From contig CAVDLN010000002.1 in assembly GCA_963609805.1 (NCBI GenBank), forward strand, positions 1-57,228: a stretch of 57,228 nt of DNA, given 5' to 3'. Position numbers and translations under genes: made by a program. Shown piece after piece: positions 54,134-57,228 of the stretch. Below the pieces are notes generated by a model. It was given only the letters and a program-made list of their open reading frames with translations, did no database searches and had not been told where the DNA came from. The DNA is from Erysipelotrichaceae bacterium. Its GTDB lineage: Bacteria > Bacillota > Clostridia > Oscillospirales > CAG-272. Every line of letters begins with the position of its first letter. The stretch's first letter is position 1.

Positions 54134-56836
54134 TCACTCCTGCCCGTCCGCGGGCTCCTCGTTCTCCAGCAGGATTTCCCCGCCGTCCGGGCTGTCCTCA
54201 CTGTCCCCGCCGTCGTTTTCCTCCGTGCCGGCACTTTCCGCGGACGCGGACGCGGATCCGCTCTTCTCGCCGTTCTTGCTCTCCTCGTCGGCGCGTGCGA
54301 TCTTGGTCAGGTTGACAAGCTTCTGTCCCTCCTCCAGCCGCATGACAATCACGCCGGCCGCCGTGCGGGACACCTCGGAGATATCCTGCGCGGGCGTGCG
54401 GATAATCATGCCCTGGTTGGTAATCATCATCAGGTCGTCGTCGTCCGACGCCGCCAGAATGCCCGCCAGCCGTCCGGTCTTCTCGGTGCACTTCTGGCAG
54501 GTGACGCCGAGGCCGCCGCGGTTCGTCATGGTGCGGAACTCGTCAAACGGCGTGCGCTTGCCGTATCCGTTCTCGGTCACGGTGACAAGTCTCTTGCCGT
54601 CGTCAACCGCAACGGCTCCCACGACTCTGTCCTCCCCGCGCAGAGAAATGCCGATGACGCCGCGCGCCGTGCGGCCCATGGTGCGGACATTCGATTCGCT
54701 GTAGCGGACGGCGCGTCCGTCGCTGGTGGCGATCAGCACGTCGCTCTGTCCGTAGGTATGCAGGACGTACAGAAGCTCGTCCCCCTCGTCCAGCGTCAGC
54801 GCGATTTTTCCGCCCTTGCGCCGGTACTCGAACTCGGAGAGCATCGTGCGCTTGATAATGCCCCGCTTGGTCACCATCAGCAGGTACTCACCCTCGCCGA
54901 ACCCGTCCACGGCAATCATGGAGGTGACGCTCTCGCCGGACTCAAGCTGAATCAGGTTGACAATATTGCTTCCGCGCGCCGTCCGGGACGCCTCGGGTAT
55001 CTGGAAGGCCCGCAGCGTCTGCACGCGCCCCGTATTGGTAAAGAACAGCACGGTGGAGTGCGAATGCACGGTCATGACCTTCTCGATGAAATCCTCGTCC
55101 TTTGTCGTCATGGCGGTCACGCCCTTGCCGCCGCGCCGCTGGGCGGAGTAGGTATCGCTGGGCAGACGCTTGACATAGCCCGCGCCGGTCAGGGTCAGCA
55201 CACAGGTGTGCTTCTCCACCAGATCCTCATCGATGATTTCGTTCTCCACTTCCTCGATGCGCGTCCGGCGGTCGTCGCCGTACTTGTCCCGTACAGCCGT
55301 CATTTCGTCCTTGACGATGCCGCGGATTTTCTCCCGGTCGCCCAGAATCACCCGGTACTCGCCGATGGACTGCCGCAGCGTATCCAGTCTGTCCTCGATC
55401 TTTTTGCGCTCAAGACCGGACAGCCGTCCCAGCGTCAGCGATACGATGGCCTGCGCCTGCTCCTCGGACAGTCCGGGGTTCTCATCGGCGGCAAACGCCG
55501 CCAGATCCACGGTCGGGTCTCCGCTTATGCGGGGGCCGTCAAACCGCTTCATCAGGTTTTCCTTTGCCGTCGGCGTATCCGGCGACGAACGGATGATGGA
55601 GATGACCTCGTCCAGATTGTCCAGCGCCAGCTTGTAGCCCTCGAAGATATGCGCCTCGCGGAGCGCGGCGGCAAGATCGAATTCCACGCGCCGCCGTATG
55701 ACGCTTTCCTGGTGCGCGATGTAGTAATCCAGAATCTGCGGCAGGGTCAGCACCTTCGGCTCGTTGTTGACCAGCGCCAGCATGTTGACGGCGCAGGTAT
55801 CCTGCAGCTGGGAGTAGCGGTAGAGCTGGTTGAGTATCACATGCCCGTTTGCCTCGCGCTTGTACTCCACCACGATGCGCATGCCTCCCTTGCCGGAGGA
55901 CTCGTCGCGGATGTCGCTGATTCCCTCGATGCGCTTGTCCTTGACAAGCCCCGCCATGGCCTCGACCAGCATGCTCTTGTTCACGCCGTAGGGGATCTCG
56001 GTGATGACAATGCGCCGCTTGTCCTCCTCGACCTCCGCCTGTCCGCGCACGATGATGCGCCCCTTGCCGGTCATGTAGGCTTCCTTGATGCCGTTGACCC
56101 CGTGAATGGTGCCGTAGGTCGGGAAATCCGGCCCCTTGATGAAATTCATGAGATCGGAGACGGAGCAGTCCGGGTGATCCATGCGGTACACCGTCGCGTC
56201 TATGACCTCGCGCAGGTTATGCGTGGGGATATTGGTCGCCATACCGACCGCAATACCCATGGAGCCGTTGACAAGCAGGTTGGGAAAACGGGACGGCAGG
56301 ACGGAGGGCTCCTTGAGTCTGTTGTCGAAGTTCGGCACCATCGGCACGACGTTCTTGTCGATGTCGCGGAGCATTTCGTCCGCCAGACGGGACATTTTCG
56401 CCTCGGTATACCGGTAGGCGGCGGGCGGATCCCCGTCGATGGAGCCGAAATTTCCCTTGCCCTCAATCAGCTTGTAGCGCATGTAGAACGGCTGCGCCAG
56501 ATGCACCATGGTGCCGTATACGGAGCTGTCGCCGTGCGGGTGGTACTTACCCAGCACGTCGCCGACGGTGGTCGCCGATTTGCGGGTGGGCTTGTCGTAG
56601 GTCAGGTGCTGCTCGTACATATCGTACAGCACGCGGCGCTGTCCCGGCTTGAGTCCGTCGCGGACGTCCGGCAGCGCGCGCTGCATGATGACGGACATGG
56701 CGTACTCGATGAAGGATTTTCTTACCTCGTGTTCCAGGTTTACGTCCACGATTTTCTGATTTTCGAATATCAGGCTTTCGTTTTCCAGCTCCTGTTCACG
56801 CTCTTTTTTCCTGCTGAATTTCTCTTTCTTTTCCAC
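54134..56836 (-). CDS. gyrA: DNA gyrase subunit A
   Basis: [27 protein letters not shown], active-site region AAYRYTE, beta-pinwheel C-terminal domain, acidic tail. GTG start. Confidence 0.95.
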   Translation of the reverse strand: MEKKEKFSRKKEREQELENESLIFENQKIVDVNLEHEVRKSFIEYAMSVIMQRALPDVRDGLKPGQRRVLYDMYEQHLTYDKPTRKSATTVGDVLGKYHPHGDSSVYGTMVHLAQPFYMRYKLIEGKGNFGSIDGDPPAAYRYTEAKMSRLADEMLRDIDKNVVPMVPNFDNRLKEPSVLPSRFPNLLVNGSMGIAVGMATNIPTHNLREVIDATVYRMDHPDCSVSDLMNFIKGPDFPTYGTIHGVNGIKEAYMTGKGRIIVRGQAEVEEDKRRIVITEIPYGVNKSMLVEAMAGLVKDKRIEGISDIRDESSGKGGMRIVVEYKREANGHVILNQLYRYSQLQDTCAVNMLALVNNEPKVLTLPQILDYYIAHQESVIRRRVEFDLAAALREAHIFEGYKLALDNLDEVISIIRSSPDTPTAKENLMKRFDGPRISGDPTVDLAAFAADENPGLSEEQAQAIVSLTLGRLSGLERKKIEDRLDTLRQSIGEYRVILGDREKIRGIVKDEMTAVRDKYGDDRRTRIEEVENEIIDEDLVEKHTCVLTLTGAGYVKRLPSDTYSAQRRGGKGVTAMTTKDEDFIEKVMTVHSHSTVLFFTNTGRVQTLRAFQIPEASRTARGSNIVNLIQLESGESVTSMIAVDGFGEGEYLLMVTKRGIIKRTMLSEFEYRRKGGKIALTLDEGDELLYVLHTYGQSDVLIATSDGRAVRYSESNVRTMGRTARGVIGISLRGEDRVVGAVAVDDGKRLVTVTENGYGKRTPFDEFRTMTNRGGLGVTCQKCTEKTGRLAGILAASDDDDLMMITNQGMIIRTPAQDISEVSRTAAGVIVMRLEEGQKLVNLTKIARADEESKNGEKSGSASASAESAGTEENDGGDSEDSPDGGEILLENEEPADGQE

Positions 56837-56914
56837 GGTTTGCTTATCCTCTTTTTCTTGTTTGTCGGGTGTTTATATGATTACGGCGAGGCGGAATATC
56901 CGTCCTGTCCCGTT

Positions 56915-57228
56915 TTATTTTTTTCTCTTGAATCGGGATGCCTTTTTCCGCTGCCCGCCCCATTTTCCGTCCGCCCCCGGAAATTTTCTTGCCGCATACA
57001 CGATGCCGTACACGGCGGGGGAGAAGAGTACGCACATAACGACATGCGGAATCACGGCGTAAGGAAAAAAGCCTGCGGGCGGCAGCGCATGCGCCGCCGC
57101 GGCCGCGGCGGCATAGCGGAACAGTCCCTCCGCCGACGCCCCTATGGCGGCGAACACCGCGAAGGACGGCAGATTGTGCGCCAGCCGGGAGTGCGCCAGC
57201 GCCCCCGCCAGCCAGCCCAGCAGAAAAT
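56915..57228 (-). CDS. hydrophobic membrane protein, 5' end outside the window
   Basis: The frame stays open from 56915 to the window edge (…FLLGWLAGALAHSRLAHNLPSFAVFAAIGASAEG…). Basic C-terminal tail. No family recognised. Confidence 0.5.
   Translation of the reverse strand, partial: FLLGWLAGALAHSRLAHNLPSFAVFAAIGASAEGLFRYAAAAAAAHALPPAGFFPYAVIPHVVMCVLFSPAVYGIVYAARKFPGADGKWGGQRKKASRFKRKK

Overview
This 57.2-kb window is GC-rich and reads like core chromosome of a Clostridia-type Firmicute (Oscillospiraceae/Ruminococcaceae-like flavour; that is inference from protein style only, no search was possible). I call about 55 protein genes, one tRNA-Gln, and a set of unusually clear sigma-A promoters and intrinsic terminators. 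Content, left to right:
- An AT-richer left edge carrying a broken DUF262/HNH nuclease gene and a DpnD/PcfM-like small gene.
- An eight-gene aromatic amino-acid superoperon on the minus strand (pheA-aroB-aroC-aroE::aroK-aroQ-aroA-tyrA-aroF).
- tRNA-Gln, cysS, and the rpmG-secE-nusG-rplK-rplA cluster.
- yloV, mtnN, and an acetyltransferase/3-hydroxyacyl-CoA dehydrogenase/thiolase/thiamine pyrophosphokinase operon.
- rnhA, recG, and sugar genes (rbsK, a rhamnosidase-like hydrolase).
- A MarR-controlled heterodimeric ABC exporter.
- An Rrf2-DUF3737-patB unit, aspS, and thiI with an unusual exonuclease.
- A GldG-type ABC system and gyrA.

I see no CRISPR array, transposase, integrase or obvious defense island beyond the truncated left edge.

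The most interesting signal is in the leader of the aromatic operon. It has a consensus promoter, then a Shine-Dalgarno plus a 23-codon mini-ORF with the run Phe-Tyr-Tyr-Tyr, then segments complementary to the 5' arm of a strong intrinsic terminator. That is the architecture of a ribosome-mediated Phe/Tyr attenuator rather than the T-box expected in Firmicutes.

Other second-look items are several proteins whose catalytic motifs are visibly degenerate (an MBL/beta-CASP protein, an ABC ATPase, an E2-like acyltransferase), a 3-TM SecE with an acidic loop, and a DEDDh exonuclease with a novel-looking tandem N-terminal module coupled to thiI.

All functional calls come from motif and family recognition by eye. 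Start codons were chosen using SD spacing and stop/start overlaps.
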